A stretch of 64,000 nucleotides of DNA from the human T2T-CHM13v2.0 reference genome, Homo sapiens, in NCBI RefSeq assembly GCF_009914755.1, contig NC_060926.1; one strand, given 5' to 3'. This document shows, in pieces, positions 1-13,825 of this stretch. A program made the position numbers and the translations under genes. A model generated the notes under the pieces. The model had not been told where the DNA came from. It did not search any database and saw only the letters and a list, made by a program, of their open reading frames with translations. The first letter of the stretch is position 1, and each line of letters opens with the position of its first letter.

Positions 1-849
1 TCCAGCAATATTGAGGCAGGAAATCAAAAGCAACGGCTACAGATGCAGTGTTCTTAGTAGAAATAGAAAGAAGCAGTTCAATGCTGGAATAAAGCCGGAC
101 TTAACAAAGCACCACCATAACGTCACAGCATGGAGTTCACCATGCAGAGGGACCAGCGTACCTCAGGCAGGCAGGGGCCTGATGACATCTCTTTTAGCGG
201 CTGAGCATTGTGACTTTGCCAGGAGTCTGCAGCCACCGGCATGCCCAGAGGACCGGGCATCCTGTAGGAGGCTGGAATGTGTTTGAGGTTTGACTTGCTG
301 TGCGGCTCCTGGAGTTTTATTGAGTTCCTTTGGTTTGAAGTCCTCATGACATTACATTAAACTACACATTATCACAAAAAAGTTTTAAAATACGCTAAGA
401 TTACTGTAAAGGTAAGATGATAAACTTATGGCAAAATTTTCCCTATCCGGGAAGCTAAAGGTGCCTGTTAACCTGTGTTGTCCAGTTTCACGTATTTTTA
501 AAATACTGCCATCAGTACCAAAGCATAGATTTCTGCACTCAGCTGCAAGTCACAACTGAGGCTTCCCTCAGTGTGGCCACCCTGTTCTTGGTGCATTCCC
601 GTCCATATGGCCCACACAAGCCCGAGGCCTTAATTCATTCAGCAAACACTTTTCCCTCCTGCTGTTTTCTTTCCCTGCTGCTTAGTACCCTCCTTTCTCA
701 CCAGGGTCTTCTCAGACTCACCCCTGCCTCTCCTCCCTGCTGGTCGTCTGCATGTCTGTTTCTCAGGACTCTGCCTCACAGATCCCCTGAGGGGGCCCCG
801 AGCCCAGGCACTGCCTAGCCTTGTGGTGGCACTCAGATTAGAAAAGACT

Positions 850-1000
850 GCTGTTGGGCTACTTACAGCTGCATAACGAACCACCCAAACCAGTGGCTTG
901 ACAACAGCAACTCATTATTTCTCACAATTTCTGTGAGATGGGCAGCTCAGCTGGAGGACTGTGCAGCTGGTCTCTCCTGGACTCAGTCAAAACTAAGAAG
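850..1000 (-). mobile_element. Old MaLR (MLT1-like) LTR fragment
   Basis: gctgcataacgaaccacccaaa...agtggcttgacaacagcaactcattatttctcac resembles an MLT1 terminus. Confidence 0.5.
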
Positions 1001-1409
1001 GGGCTCTGAGGGTCACAGGCTGGGTGGAAAGGGTTAGGCTTACTCCAGACAGCACTGTCAGCTGAGAGTGACATCGGCCCCCCCAGGGAAGAGCTTCCTT
1101 ACAGTCACAGAGCAGTGCCACAGTGGGGATGGCTTCCTGTGGCGTGGTGAGTCCCTGACGTCAGGATCGCACACGCAGGGGAGGGTTGGCTGTTGCTCCG
1201 AGAAGCCTGAATGACATGGGTTCTAAGAACCCATTCCATTCACTCTCTGTCTCCTCAGGAGCTGGCACTCTTTTCTGTGAAATGGCCTCCCCGCCAACTG
1301 TCAGCCCCTTGAATTGGCTTTGAGTTCCTCATGCCTTGCCTGGCACAAGTCGCTCAATGCGCACTTGGGCAATGAATTGGTGGCCTTGCACATCCTCATT
1401 ATCTCGATG

Positions 1410-2668
1410 GAGGTTAAATAATGTAGATAAACACAAACTACCACATTGCTCAGCCATCGTCCTCCCATGGACCTACCAAAGAGACAAGAAAATGTGCCCA
1501 CACAAAGACACAGATACAAATGTTTATTGCAGCTTTATTTGTAATGGCCCCCTAAAATGGACACAGCACACATATTCACAAATTGGTGAGTAGATACATC
1601 AATAAATGGCCTATGATGGGACGGGATAGTTCCCTTGACTCCCTTCACGGAGGAAACTGGAATGTCTCATTTCACTCGGCCCGCTGAGTGCAGGAACCGG
1701 AGCAAATGAACTCTGCAACGGGCCGGGCCGGTCTCTCCTCTCCAGGGGGAGCAGGCTCTGTGCAGGCTCCGCAACAGCATCCAGGCGTGTGACAACCAAT
1801 GCTCTTTCAGCTCTGCCGTCCGGGGACAACCAAGTGCCAACCAGCTCAGTGGACGGTCAGTGTGGCAGCCCCTGCCCTCTTGGCATCCAGGTTCTTGTCT
1901 GGCATCCAGGAAGAATTGAGTCGCACGATCTCTTTGAAAGATGATAAATGCGGAAGACTTTATTGACCCATGGGTGGCTGTCAGCGGAAAGGGAGGCTGG
2001 AAAGGGGATGGGAAGGTCTTTCTCTGATGCCTAATCGGGCTCCTCTTGGAAGCCGCATCGTCTGAAGTTAGCCGCGTCTATCCTTAGTGTCGACTGTTAA
2101 GTTGCTTCCCTAGCTTGCGGCTCAGCCGCTCGATCCTCGACACTCAGCCGCTTGTGTTGCTCTGCCAGCTGAAGTCTTGCATGGGCAAAGGTTAGGGGTG
2201 GGGCAAGCCAAAAAGGCAACATTTGGGTACTGTTTTCACTTAGGGCCGCGGTTCCAGGCTTAAGGGTGGAGTTTAGCCAGGAGCCCAGCCCTTCTGTATC
2301 AATACAATGGAATCATCAATAAAACTCCTCAATAAAGGAAACCCTCCTGATACAGCAACGCGAATTTGAAAACACTGTTCTAAGTGAAAGAAGCCAGATA
2401 TGAAAGACTTCATTCTTACGATTCCATCCATATGAAATTCTGGAAAAGGCAAAACTATAGTTGGTAGAGAAAGTAAGACAGCAGTTGCCAGAGCCTGAGG
2501 GGGTGGAGAAGGGAATCACTACAAAGGGAAGGGAGGAACATTTTGGGGTGATGGGAGAGCCATGCTTATGTGGTAGTTATGCAACTGCAGACATTTGTCA
2601 AAACTTGTTGAATGAAAGAATTTAAATATGAGTGATTTATTGTACTTAATTATACCTCAATAAAGTCA
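1410..2668 (+). mobile_element. Ancient L1M 3' fragment, split by an LTR at 1614-2301
   Basis: aaatgtttattgcagctttatttgtaat...; after the LTR it resumes with acaatggaat...ctaagtgaaagaagccaga...aaaggcaaaactatag...tacctcaataaa. Confidence 0.75.
1614..2301 (-). mobile_element. ERV1-class solo LTR (MER61-like)
   Basis: TGAT...ATCA termini. The - strand starts TGATACAGAAGGGCTGGGCTCCTGGCTAAACTCCACCCTTAAGCCTGGAACCGCGGCCCTAAGTGAAAACAG. Relatively CpG-rich and interrupts an L1. Confidence 0.75.
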
Positions 2669-3525
2669 CTAGAAAATGTGGATGTGATTAGACTCAGTTT
2701 TCAAGCTTGAGAAAGTTGGGAAAAGTCATACTTAAGTATGACTGCAGATGGGACTGCATGATGGGAAGTGGGGCCCCGATCAATTCTTTCTTTAGGGCTG
2801 GGGTCCCTGGACTGTGTTTCTGGCGACTGGTGCCCAGGGTCCATCAGATGGAAGGAAGAAGGATGACAGCACCCACCCACAATGGCTGCAGGGGGGACGA
2901 CCTGTGGCTGTGCCTTGGCACCTGTCATTCCTGCCTCGAGGCAGGAGCTTCCCCATTCCTCGGATCCTTAAAGTGAGATAAGACTAATGGAAGGGCTCTG
3001 TGAGAGACACCTCTGTGACAAACCCCTCAACCAGTGCATGTGGCGCCTCTCCAGCAACCAAGGCTACTCCACCCCTTCCTGCACCACCAGGCAACTCTCA
3101 GAGGATGAAGCACACCAGTCAGGTGGTAAACAATGACTCAGGACTGTATACCCAAAGCCAGAGGCTCTAACTAATGCAGTATGAAAAATGACTTAAAAAT
3201 ACCTGCCCTGCAACACACTCAGGGGAAAACAGAGCAAAGACTAAATCTCACAAAGGAAATACCTCAATTATTTCAAACTAATATGCTAATATGATACAAA
3301 TGGCTTTATGAGCACCAAAGGGGAAAGAAATCCTGGAGCAGAATCTCAAGCCAAAGAGGCACATTTTGGTAGAGGAATGACCTCACCCCAGAACCATGAG
3401 TTTGAGATAATGAACTCTCCATGTAAGGTATTTTGTAACCTGTCAATCACTTTTATGAATCTTTGTCATCTTGTTTCCAATAATACGAACCTTGATTGAT
3501 TTTGGTCCTTAAAATACCAGTTCTG

Positions 3526-3740
3526 CATTGAGAACACACGGACACAGGGAAGGGAACATCACACACTGGGGCCTGTCGGCGGGTTGGGGGCTAGGGGAGG
3601 GATAGCATTAGGAGAGATACCTAATGTAGATGATGGGTTGATGGGTGCAGCAAACCACCGTGGCACGTGTATAGCTATGTAACAAACCTGCATGTTCTGC
3701 ACATGTATCCCAGAGCTTAAAGTATAATAATAATAATAAT
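3526..3740 (+). mobile_element. 5'-truncated L1PA 3' end with target-site duplication
   Basis: L1PA 3' UTR (gggaacatcacacactggggcctgtc...gcagcaaaccacc...aacctgcatgttctgcacatgtatcc), (TAA)n tail, perfect TSD AAATACCAGTTCTG at 3512-3525 and 3741-3754, TT|AAAA target. Confidence 0.93.
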
Positions 3741-6199
3741 AAATACCAGTTCTGAGACAGCTTTCAAACAGCTTGCAAATCGAACTACAGTCACCGCTGC
3801 TTGTCACATTAGAGTTTGTGTGCTGTTGCCCAACTAGACAGACAGCCTCCTGAGGGCTGGGATTCGTCCTCACACTCTCCCAAGCACAGCACCCAGCACA
3901 GCTTGTCCTCTGGAAGCCCTAAAGATGCAGACTGGGTGGCTGGAGCAGAGGGTAAGAGCCCGGGACTGAAAGTAAGAAAACCTAGATGCTGGTGCAAACT
4001 GCTGACTGGCAATAGCATCCCCCAGCCCTCGGGTTCCTTATCTGTAAATGGAGGCTCTATTCCTGCCCACTCTGCAGGACCCAGGGAGGTCAATCTGGAA
4101 ATCATAAAGTACCATTTATACCAGAGGCTTTACATGAGCGGGGGCAGCCATCATACCTCATGGGTGCCTAGACAAGTTTTGGATAAAATGCTTAATATAG
4201 ATACGGTTACCTTTGCTGCTTTCTCCTTTCTGCAATGACTGGTGGCTGTTTTACTGTTACTATCTTATCAAACTTTCATTTAAACAAAGTGTCTTGGTGA
4301 TATAATGCCTTAACAGAAGGACTGGATCTCTAATGCTGACGTGCGCTTGAGGGGAGCTGGTTTCAACTGCATGTTCACCAAAACCACAGGATCACTACAT
4401 GGTCACACTTGCATATAAAGTTGCATTTACATTGGCAGCCTTAAAATCCTGTGCACAATAGACATTTGTAAATAAACAACATAAACAAAACTAAATATGT
4501 AACAAAACAACACACAAAAAGAGAACATTTTTTAAAAGAATGAAAAACGAAAACTATCTGAGGGTGGCTCTGTGGCTTGTGGTGGGTGTAGTCTGCACTT
4601 AGTTGGAGAACTGGCTCTAATGACTTGGCCCTGCACAGAGCTGAGAAGGGCCCCAGCAATGATTCTCCAAGACTGTCAGGAGCAGTGTGTCTACAAGAAC
4701 CCTTTCCCACTACTTGGGGGATTGAAGATACCTGTCAAAGCTGAAGGGACTGGTTTGGTCATTCAATAGGCAAGAAATCACTTAGGTGACCCCTATGGGG
4801 TCTTTTTTTCTCTGCCTGCTCCCCTGGTGCCAGGTTGCAGGCTGATCTTGCCCAGTTCCTGGCTAACTAGACTGCAGGCTGGTGAATCATGGGACCCACC
4901 TTTGACAGCAGGCATCTGGCTATTGGCCTTGGGTGCCCGAAGGCTGATGCTCACCATCCATGGAGCTACAAGCTCCTGCTGTGAACCTATATGATTTGTG
5001 TCCAGTTGGTTGAGTGCTGCTCTGAGTTTTAGACGAAGGAGTCCACCGTGGGCCTCTACCCCATGAGGAAAAGGAAATCAGGAAATGTATGTGGGGAGTG
5101 TCTTAATGAGGGAATCCGTGCTTCAACCACGGCAGGCTAGATAAAGTCTTCCTATTCTCCTCAGATTTTCAGTACCTTTTTAGTTAAAATGCTGAAAATT
5201 AAAGTTTGAAAGAGACTAGAAACTGGCCTCATTTAATGTGTTAATCTGTTTGAATAATGTCATCTCCTTTGACCAGAGAACCCTTACAGCTGCGATGGCC
5301 ATTTATCTCACAACTTCTTTGGCTGTGTCCAGGTCCCCTGGCTGGCAATTTATGTTCATACTCACTCATGGGCCACCCCTCCCCATGAGGTCCTGGGCCC
5401 TGTGACTCAGGGGCCACATCTACCCGTGGGGTCCTGGGCACCTCTTTGCCAATCCCACTCACAGAACCCTTCTGTGAACTAGAGCCTTACATAATAAGAA
5501 CTTTGTGCTTCTCAATATTTTTTTTAGACTGAAAGGAAATGTTCCCCCTTTCCCTGACTTTGGCTTCAGTTAGTTATTTCAAATGGCAAATGGCACAAGT
5601 TATTAAAATTCCAACATGGAAATTTGCTTAATAAACAGGAAAGGAGTTTTGAGGGCCCACCACTGAGCATGAATGTTAACCCTGTGGTTGCCGGCCCATT
5701 GTTTAGGCAGTTTTCGGGCTGGCCTTGGGCAGGGTTCTCCCTCTGTAGCGGGCCTTCTTTGTCACTGTTCCTGGCTGCTGCTGTGAGCTGTTGTTGTATG
5801 TACCACATACTTTTCTAATATCAAACTTAAGAACACAAAATCAGGGTCATATGAAATGATCTCATTTATACATGATTTGTGTAATCATAGATCCACTTTT
5901 AGATGACATTTATTCCCTCATCAACTAAATACAGGGCGTTTGGTTCTATGAGGTAATTCAAAAAGAGAACAAAGAAATTAAGGAGCAAAAACATTAAAAT
6001 CCAAGGGAGAAAAGAGAAATAAGGCACCAAATACATGTAAGATAGGAAAACACTCAGGGGAGCAGAAGATTTTTGGGCCAGGACCACACTTTCTTTTGAA
6101 AAAAAGAAAGAAAGAAAATGTGGTCCTGGCCCAAACGGAGAAGCAGGGAAAGCCCCTGGAGGAGGTAGCATCAGAGCTTGGTCTTGAAAGGTGGGTAAA

Positions 6200-6733
6200 T
6201 GTGGCAGATGAAAGATGTGCACAAATCCTTTGACATCTTCCTCTTGAGAAATAGAATCTATACCCCTCCTCCTGAATGCCTGTAGGTTTTGTGAACTGCT
6301 TTGATCAATATAATACAATGGCATTGATTTGTGTCAGTTACCAGGCCAAGACCTAAAAATACTGGCAGCTTCCTCTTCTTGTCTTTTGGAGTATCTGATC
6401 TTGGAATACTCTCTCTGGGATCCTAAGCCATCATGCTGGAGAGGCCACATGTAGGCACTTCAGTTGACAATCTCAGCTGAGTCAAGCCTTCCAGCTATCC
6501 GTCCCAAGGTGCCACACAGGTGAGTGGAGCTGTCTGGGACTCTCAAGTCCAGCCCATCTGCCAGCTGAGTATCATTGATGATCTCTGTCAATACCACATG
6601 GAGCAGAAGAACCGCTCACTTGAGCCCTTCTTAAATTCCTGATCTCCAGGATTGTGATCATAATAAAATGGTGGTTGTTCTCTAAGCCTTTAAATCTGGG
6701 ATCAGTTTTGAAGCAGTGATTGGTAACTGGAAC
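6200..6733 (+). mobile_element. MaLR LTR (MLT1G/H-like)
   Basis: tgtggcagatgaaagatg...ttctaagcc...gcagtgattggtaactggaac termini and an internal AATAAA. Confidence 0.7.
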
Positions 6734-7058
6734 GGTAGGGTTTTGAGTAGCAGAGATAAGGGCCCAAAGGCATCCCAGAGACTAGGAATGTTGTAGGTAA
6801 AGCCATGAACCTGTGAAGATGCAGAGAATTGATGCGTGAATTTTGAGTTTTGGGGAGATGAGGAAAACCATAGGAAGCATAAGAAAAAAATCACTGTTGT
6901 ACATGTTTAAGGGCTAAATAGAGAGTCTGAAGGTCTCTGTGTATGTTATGTATTCTTACATATGTATAGCTAATGAAGTGCCACTAAGAGTCTATATTTT
7001 AAATTTTTATTATGAAAATGTATAAACATGTACAGAGAATAGCATAATAATCCCCTGT

Positions 7059-7429
7059 TGTCTCAGTCTGTTTGGGCTGCTATAACAAAATACCATGACC
7101 AGGTGACTTATAAACAACAGAAATGGATTTCCCACAATTATGGAGACTGGAAGTCCAAGATGGAGGCACCAGCAGATTTGGTGTCTGGTGGGGGCTCACT
7201 TCCTGGCTCATAGATTCACAGATGGCACCTTCTCACTGTGCTCTCACATGTCGGAAGGAAAGAGGGAGTTCACTAGAGGACGCTTTTTAAAGGATACTAA
7301 TCCCATTCATGCAGGCTCTGCCCTCATGACCCTATCACCTCCTAAAGACCCCACCTCTAATACCATTACTTTGGGGGTTAGGATTTAAACAGATGAAATT
7401 TGGGAGGACAGAAACATTCAGACCATAGC
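7059..7429 (-). mobile_element. MaLR LTR (MST/MLT1A-like)
   Basis: tgtctcagtctgtttgggctgctataacaaaatacc...aaacattcagaccatagc. Confidence 0.85.
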
Positions 7430-8434
7430 TCCCAAACATATAATAATTGGGAGTCAAGGACAGCGTAAGTGGTTTCCTGGCAAAAAAATGATCTCTGTTT
7501 GCCAATCTTTTTCCTGAACTATTTTAAGTGAAATCCCATACATTGAATCACTTTACCCATAAAAATTCAGTATATAGTTCTAATAGACAGGGCTTTAAAA
7601 TTGCAAATACAATACCATTTTCACACCTAAAATATTTAGCAATGTTAATTAAAATGAAGCCCTCTCGGCTGTCGAATCTCTCTTACTGCTGGCTCCTTGG
7701 AGGCAGAGTCAAGATGGACCCGGCCTTGCTGTGGTTGTTCTCTCTGAGGCCTCTCATAATCAAAGGCAGCTCCGTCTTAGACCCTGCCCCCTTTCCCCTG
7801 TGTGCATTCAGCTCACGGCACGCTCGCAGGGTGATGGCACTTCCTACAGTCCTCTATCTGCTATTGCCAGGTATCTGTGAATTGGAAGCCACAGAGGGAG
7901 GACCACTGAGGCCCCTGAGTCACGTGGAGGAAGGGAACGCCATGTCTGGACTGTGTTTGAGAAGGTCAGTCTGACAATGTGTGACAATGGTATGTGGAGT
8001 GGATTGGAATCGTCTACAATGAGAGCTCCTGGCCAAAGGAAGGGAGGATCAGAGAGGTGTAAGAGCACTGGGTGGGGAGCTCAGAGGCCAGAGGGAGTTT
8101 GGTCTGAAAATAATTTCTAACATTTGTTGAGTGCTTACTGTACACCAGGCTCTGTGCATGTGATCTCTTACCCCAGTGTGATAGATAATATTGCCCCCAT
8201 ATTACCTCTGGCCTAGAGAGGACAGGTGATCTAATTACACAGTTTGTGCATAATGCAGAAAGAACTGGAACCCAAAGCCCACGTCCTTAGCTACTGTCAC
8301 ATGGCAGAAACGAAGGTCCTGGGGTTCATTTGGTATGGTATATCAAGGGAGAGAAACTGCATTATTAAACTGAGTGAGGCCAGGTAGAGACTTTAGGAAG
8401 CAGGTGCGTTTTGGTGGAGAGCTGAATGAGCTGA

Positions 8435-8601
8435 GTTACTCAAAGTGCAGTCTGAGGACTACAGCATCCTCTAGGAGCCAATAAAAACAAAATGGAGACA
8501 GCTGGGCCCCACCCAAGACCTACGTCATTCCAGGGGATTTGACTCAGAAATCTGCACTAACAAGCTCCTTGGGATTTTCAGACTAAGTTTGAGAAACACT
8601 G
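8435..8601. mobile_element. MER5-like hAT DNA transposon relic
   Basis: ttactcaaagtg...cagcatc...aagtttgagaaacactg termini. Confidence 0.55.
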
Positions 8602-8732
8602 GAATGAAAAATCAGACCAGACTTAGCAGCGGGAGAAAGGAGGGTCTTGTACATTAAAGGGGTGAAAAATTTAAGCGACTAGTAAGAAAAGGACCTTTAA
8701 TAGTGTCTCACATGTAGCTAGCATTTTATAAG

Positions 8733-9093
8733 TGCTACAGACTGAATTTTTGTGTCTCCCCTAAATTCATACATTAAATCCTAATTCCTGAAGTGAGGTG
8801 TTAGGAGGTGGGGCCTTTGGGAGATGATCAGGTACTGAGGATGGATCCCTCATGAGTGGGATTTGTGACCTCATAAAAGAGCCCCAGAGAGCTCCCTCAC
8901 CCCTTCTACTGTATGAGGACACAGCAAGAAGGTGCCATCTAGGAAGCAGGAAGCAGGGCCTGACCAGACACCAAATCTGCTGGGGCCTTAGTCTTGAATT
9001 TCCAGCCTCCATAACTGTGCAAAATCCATTTCTGTTGCTTATAAGCTACCCAGCTTATGGGATTTTGTTTAGCAGCCCAAATGGACTAAGACA
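8733..9093 (+). mobile_element. MaLR LTR (MLT1A-like)
   Basis: tgctacagactgaat...ggactaagaca, with a near-perfect 5-bp TSD (ataag/gtaag). Confidence 0.85.
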
Positions 9094-9271
9094 GTAAGTA
9101 AATACCGTTGAACAAATAGACAGATGAAAAGGAACTTAGATATCAGCATAAGAACTGACATAGTGTCTCCAGGCTGAACACATGAGTTTAGCGGCCCCTC
9201 TGAAGGCAGAGTGAGACGCTCCCTGCTACAGAACACTCTCTGATCATATCCCGATTAAGTGAAGATAATTT

Positions 9272-9556
<285 letters not shown>

Positions 9557-10076
9557 CCCCCTTAAGTGAAGAGAATTTGAATGTCATATTAGAAGTAGAT
9601 ATTGGTAGCAATTTGGGGTAAGGGGGATGATCTCCACAGGATAAATAAGATTACAGCCATTATGTTTAATGTATGTTCTAAACCAATCCAAACAGAATAT
9701 TGGCTTTTTATGTGCTTTGATTTTTCTTTCTAATGATAAATTTCTTGTCCTCAGGCAAAAGTAAATATATGCCTGGTTACTTTTAAAACTCCTATCCCCT
9801 ATTCTACAGTTTCCTCAAGGGTTTAGAAGCACTTCCCCAAGATAGCTAGATGTGTAACATTATCCTTCTGATTCTCTCTGACACCCTGGGCAGTATCATG
9901 ATCTAACTCAGACCCACTTTGCACTTTTTTCTTTGGTTGGCCACCATCTGTCTTTACTAGCTCAATGTTAGAAGACTTCTTTCTCCTTCCTGCTGGAGAA
10001 ATTCAACTGCATTGCATGGAGAGCTAATTATATGGAGAGACAGTAAGTGCTTACCACTGGAGGGTATAAAAATACT

Positions 10077-10373
10077 GGCCGGTGTGGTGGCTCACACCTG
10101 TAATCCTAACACTTTGGGAGGCCGATGCGGGTGAATCATTTGAGTTCAGGAGTTCAAGACCAGCCTGGCCAACATGGTAAAATCCCTTCTCTACTAAAAA
10201 TACAAAATTAGCTGGGCCTCGTGGCACATGCCTTGTAATCCCAGCTACTCAGGAGGCTGAGGCAGGAGAATCGCTTGAACCCCGGAGTTGGAGGTTGCAG
10301 TGACTGAGATCCCATCACTGCACTCCAGCCTGGGCAACAAGAGTGAAACTCCGTCTCAGGGAGGGGAAAATAA
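10077..10373 (+). mobile_element. Alu (S-like)
   Basis: ggccggtgtggtggctcac...actccgtctca with a degenerate tail. Confidence 0.95.
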
Positions 10374-10949
10374 GTGAGAACCTTGGTGAAGGAAAGAGGT
10401 AATCAGCTCAGTTCAGGGCAGATCTGAGATGGGAAGACAGGAAAGGTAATCTCACATCTCCATCCTTTTGTAGCCCAGGCCTGGAGAGAATAATTAGGTG
10501 ACCCGCTCAGAGTCCGTTGGGATAAAGTTGTTCTAGTTTTTGTTCACTACGCCTCCTTTCACGTGTCCTCTACAGTTGAACAGGCCAGTTACTGGGATGC
10601 AGTTCTGCGTTTCCCTTGGGTCTCACCTTAACATCGCTCGCTGAAGTGTGCCCAGATTACAGAGCGGGCAAAGGGAAGCAGTGGTTTTGCTCACAGCTGC
10701 AGGGCACCAGGTTCCTGGTTTCTCAAAGGCTTTTCTATTGGAGAAGTTTGGGTGAGACGATTTCCCGGACTGCAGCTCTGAACCCAGACTGTGGAATCTT
10801 TCAAACTATCTCAAAAACAGCCCCGCCTAAGGCATCCTTAAGAGCAGCTCTGAACTAAGGAAATTCCAAAGCCCACTTTACAAACCAGGCAGAAGCAAGG
10901 CCCCCAAGCAGGGAGGGAGGGAGATAGGGAAGAAAGGGGTGAGGAGTAA

Positions 10950-11900
10950 GGGGAACAGTGGCGCGGCTGGGGCGGGCGGAGGAAGTGGGGGAGCCAAGGA
11001 GACACCCCAGCGCTGGGATCCGGCAAGTCCTCCCTCTGAGTGGCCAGGGGGCCTCGTCCCTTCTCCCGATGCCTTCTGCCCTTCCTTGGGTCTCCGGAAC
11101 CCAGCTTGTCCTAACCGCTTTCGCTGCGGGCAGCGCTGGCCACGCGGCCCCCGCCGCCGGCGGTTCTCCGTGGCCAAGCATCCTTGGCCTTGGAGCCCAG
11201 GGGCTGCGTTCCCCTTGGGGCCGGGGCGGGAGAGAGGACCTCGGTGGTACTCGCCCGTGCGCTGGGCGCAGCCGCTTGGCCCTCAGCCCTCTGGCGCGGC
11301 GCCCACCCGCTGGGTCCCGCCCCGGCAGCGACGCAGGGATAACCCGCGGCCGCGCCTGCCCGCTCGCACCCCTCTCCCGCGCCCGGTTCTCCCTCGCAGC
11401 ACCTCGAAGTGCGCCCCTCGCCCTCCTGCTCGCGCCCCGCCGCCATGGCTGCCTCCCCCGCGCGGCCTGCTGTCCTGGCCCTGACCGGGCTGGCGCTGCT
11501 CCTGCTCCTGTGCTGGGGCCCAGGTGAGCGGGGCGATGCCAGGCTGATTGATAGCGGCACCAGGGGTTGGCCCCATGTGGCGCTTCCATGGTGCCCGGGG
11601 AGAGCGATCGGTGATGGGGTGGCGGCGTAGGGACCCATCCTTAGCCTAGGCAGGGCCAAGGGGTGGTAGAGGACCGGGTCTGGGGTTTTGCACTCGCACA
11701 AGTGCGAAGTGGTGCCCTTGTGAGGGTGGAGAGAGTACCGGGGTCAAGGGGAGGGTCTCAGATCTCCCGGGCAACCTTGGGCAAGGAGGGCCAGGCGTCC
11801 GAAGGGTGGGCAAGTAGTGTTTCGTGGCTTAACGTAAGGGGCAAAAGGGTTGTGGGGGCTTTACGCAGCTGGTAACCCAGAGGAGGCAAATGGCACCATC
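10950..11900 (+). promoter_or_regulatory. ECRG4: CpG island / ECRG4 promoter and 5' UTR
   Basis: Sharp rise in GC and CpG content, GC boxes (GGGGCGGG near 10969 and 11223, CCCGCCC near 11316), spans exon 1. Boundaries are approximate. Confidence 0.9.
11445..11523 (+). CDS. ECRG4: ECRG4 (augurin precursor, C2orf40) coding exon 1, signal peptide
   Basis: GCCGCCATGG perfect Kozak context. Encodes [26 protein letters not shown]+G (79 nt). Donor CAG|gtgagc. Confidence 0.97.
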
Positions 11901-12678
11901 ACCGCCATTCCCTTCCAGGCAGTCGCTTAGCAACCAAGTTGACTTGCGCTTCCCAGCTGGGTCAAGTTGCAATTTGCAAAGCTGGGCACAGGCCTCACAC
12001 CCCAGAGAGGGGAAAGGCTCTTAAAGGAGTAATGCTTAATCTTTCCTGCTTCGTGGAGCTCCCAGCGAATCGGTTGAAAACTCTGAAATTCTCTGCTCGC
12101 TCTCTGTAAAACGTGCATTCACACGCACACCCAGAATGATGGGTGCTCCGATATCTGATCGCTGGGCTCCACAGGCCCCACTTTAGGAACCATAATCTGA
12201 AGCCGTGGTTTGTCCTGAGTTACCACCTTCACTGGGTAGGAGGAACATTTATGGTTCACAAGTGGCCTCAAGGACACATGACTGCCTTTGAAGCTTACAA
12301 CTAGGGGAGGCAGGGATTGTTACCTCAGAGTTACTGGTGTATGAAGTGACTTGCCCAAGAGCCTGAGACTGGCGCTGTCCCACTGCAAAGCAGCTGGGCA
12401 CTGCCTAATGTAAAAGGGAGGCTCACTCGGTTGCTCAGTTTCTGTATTTTGCTCATTCGAAACAGGTATGGAAACTGAACTCGAGGTGAGAAGAGGCAGG
12501 GGACATTCAGTAGGAGCCCTGGGATGGAGCCCCGGGGTTGCTAAAACAGCAGGAGGCGTGGTGAGGTCTGTTCAGGTGGGGAGGATTATTGTTCCACCTT
12601 AGAATCACAGGCGAAGCTAATCAGTCATTTCCCGTTGTATGGTTTACCTGCCTCCCACTCTTTGTTCTTGCCACTTTA

Positions 12679-13058
<380 letters not shown>

Positions 13059-13155
13059 TTATTTTCAGGACTTGTATTTTATTTAGTTTATACCAATAAC
13101 TCAGTTAAAATATCATCACCGAGCTGGGATGTGAAAGTTCTTATACAGTGAAAAT

Positions 13156-13825
<670 letters not shown>

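Noticed and set aside
4690-5060. Possible old LTR-like segment
   Set aside because: I could not identify termini, a TSD or a family by eye; it needs RepeatMasker.
10855-11701. Stack of long ORFs (181-244 aa) on both strands
   Set aside because: Stop codons are scarce in a GC-rich CpG island. The products are Arg/Gly/Pro/Ala-rich with no recognisable domain; only the ECRG4 exon 1 frame is supported.
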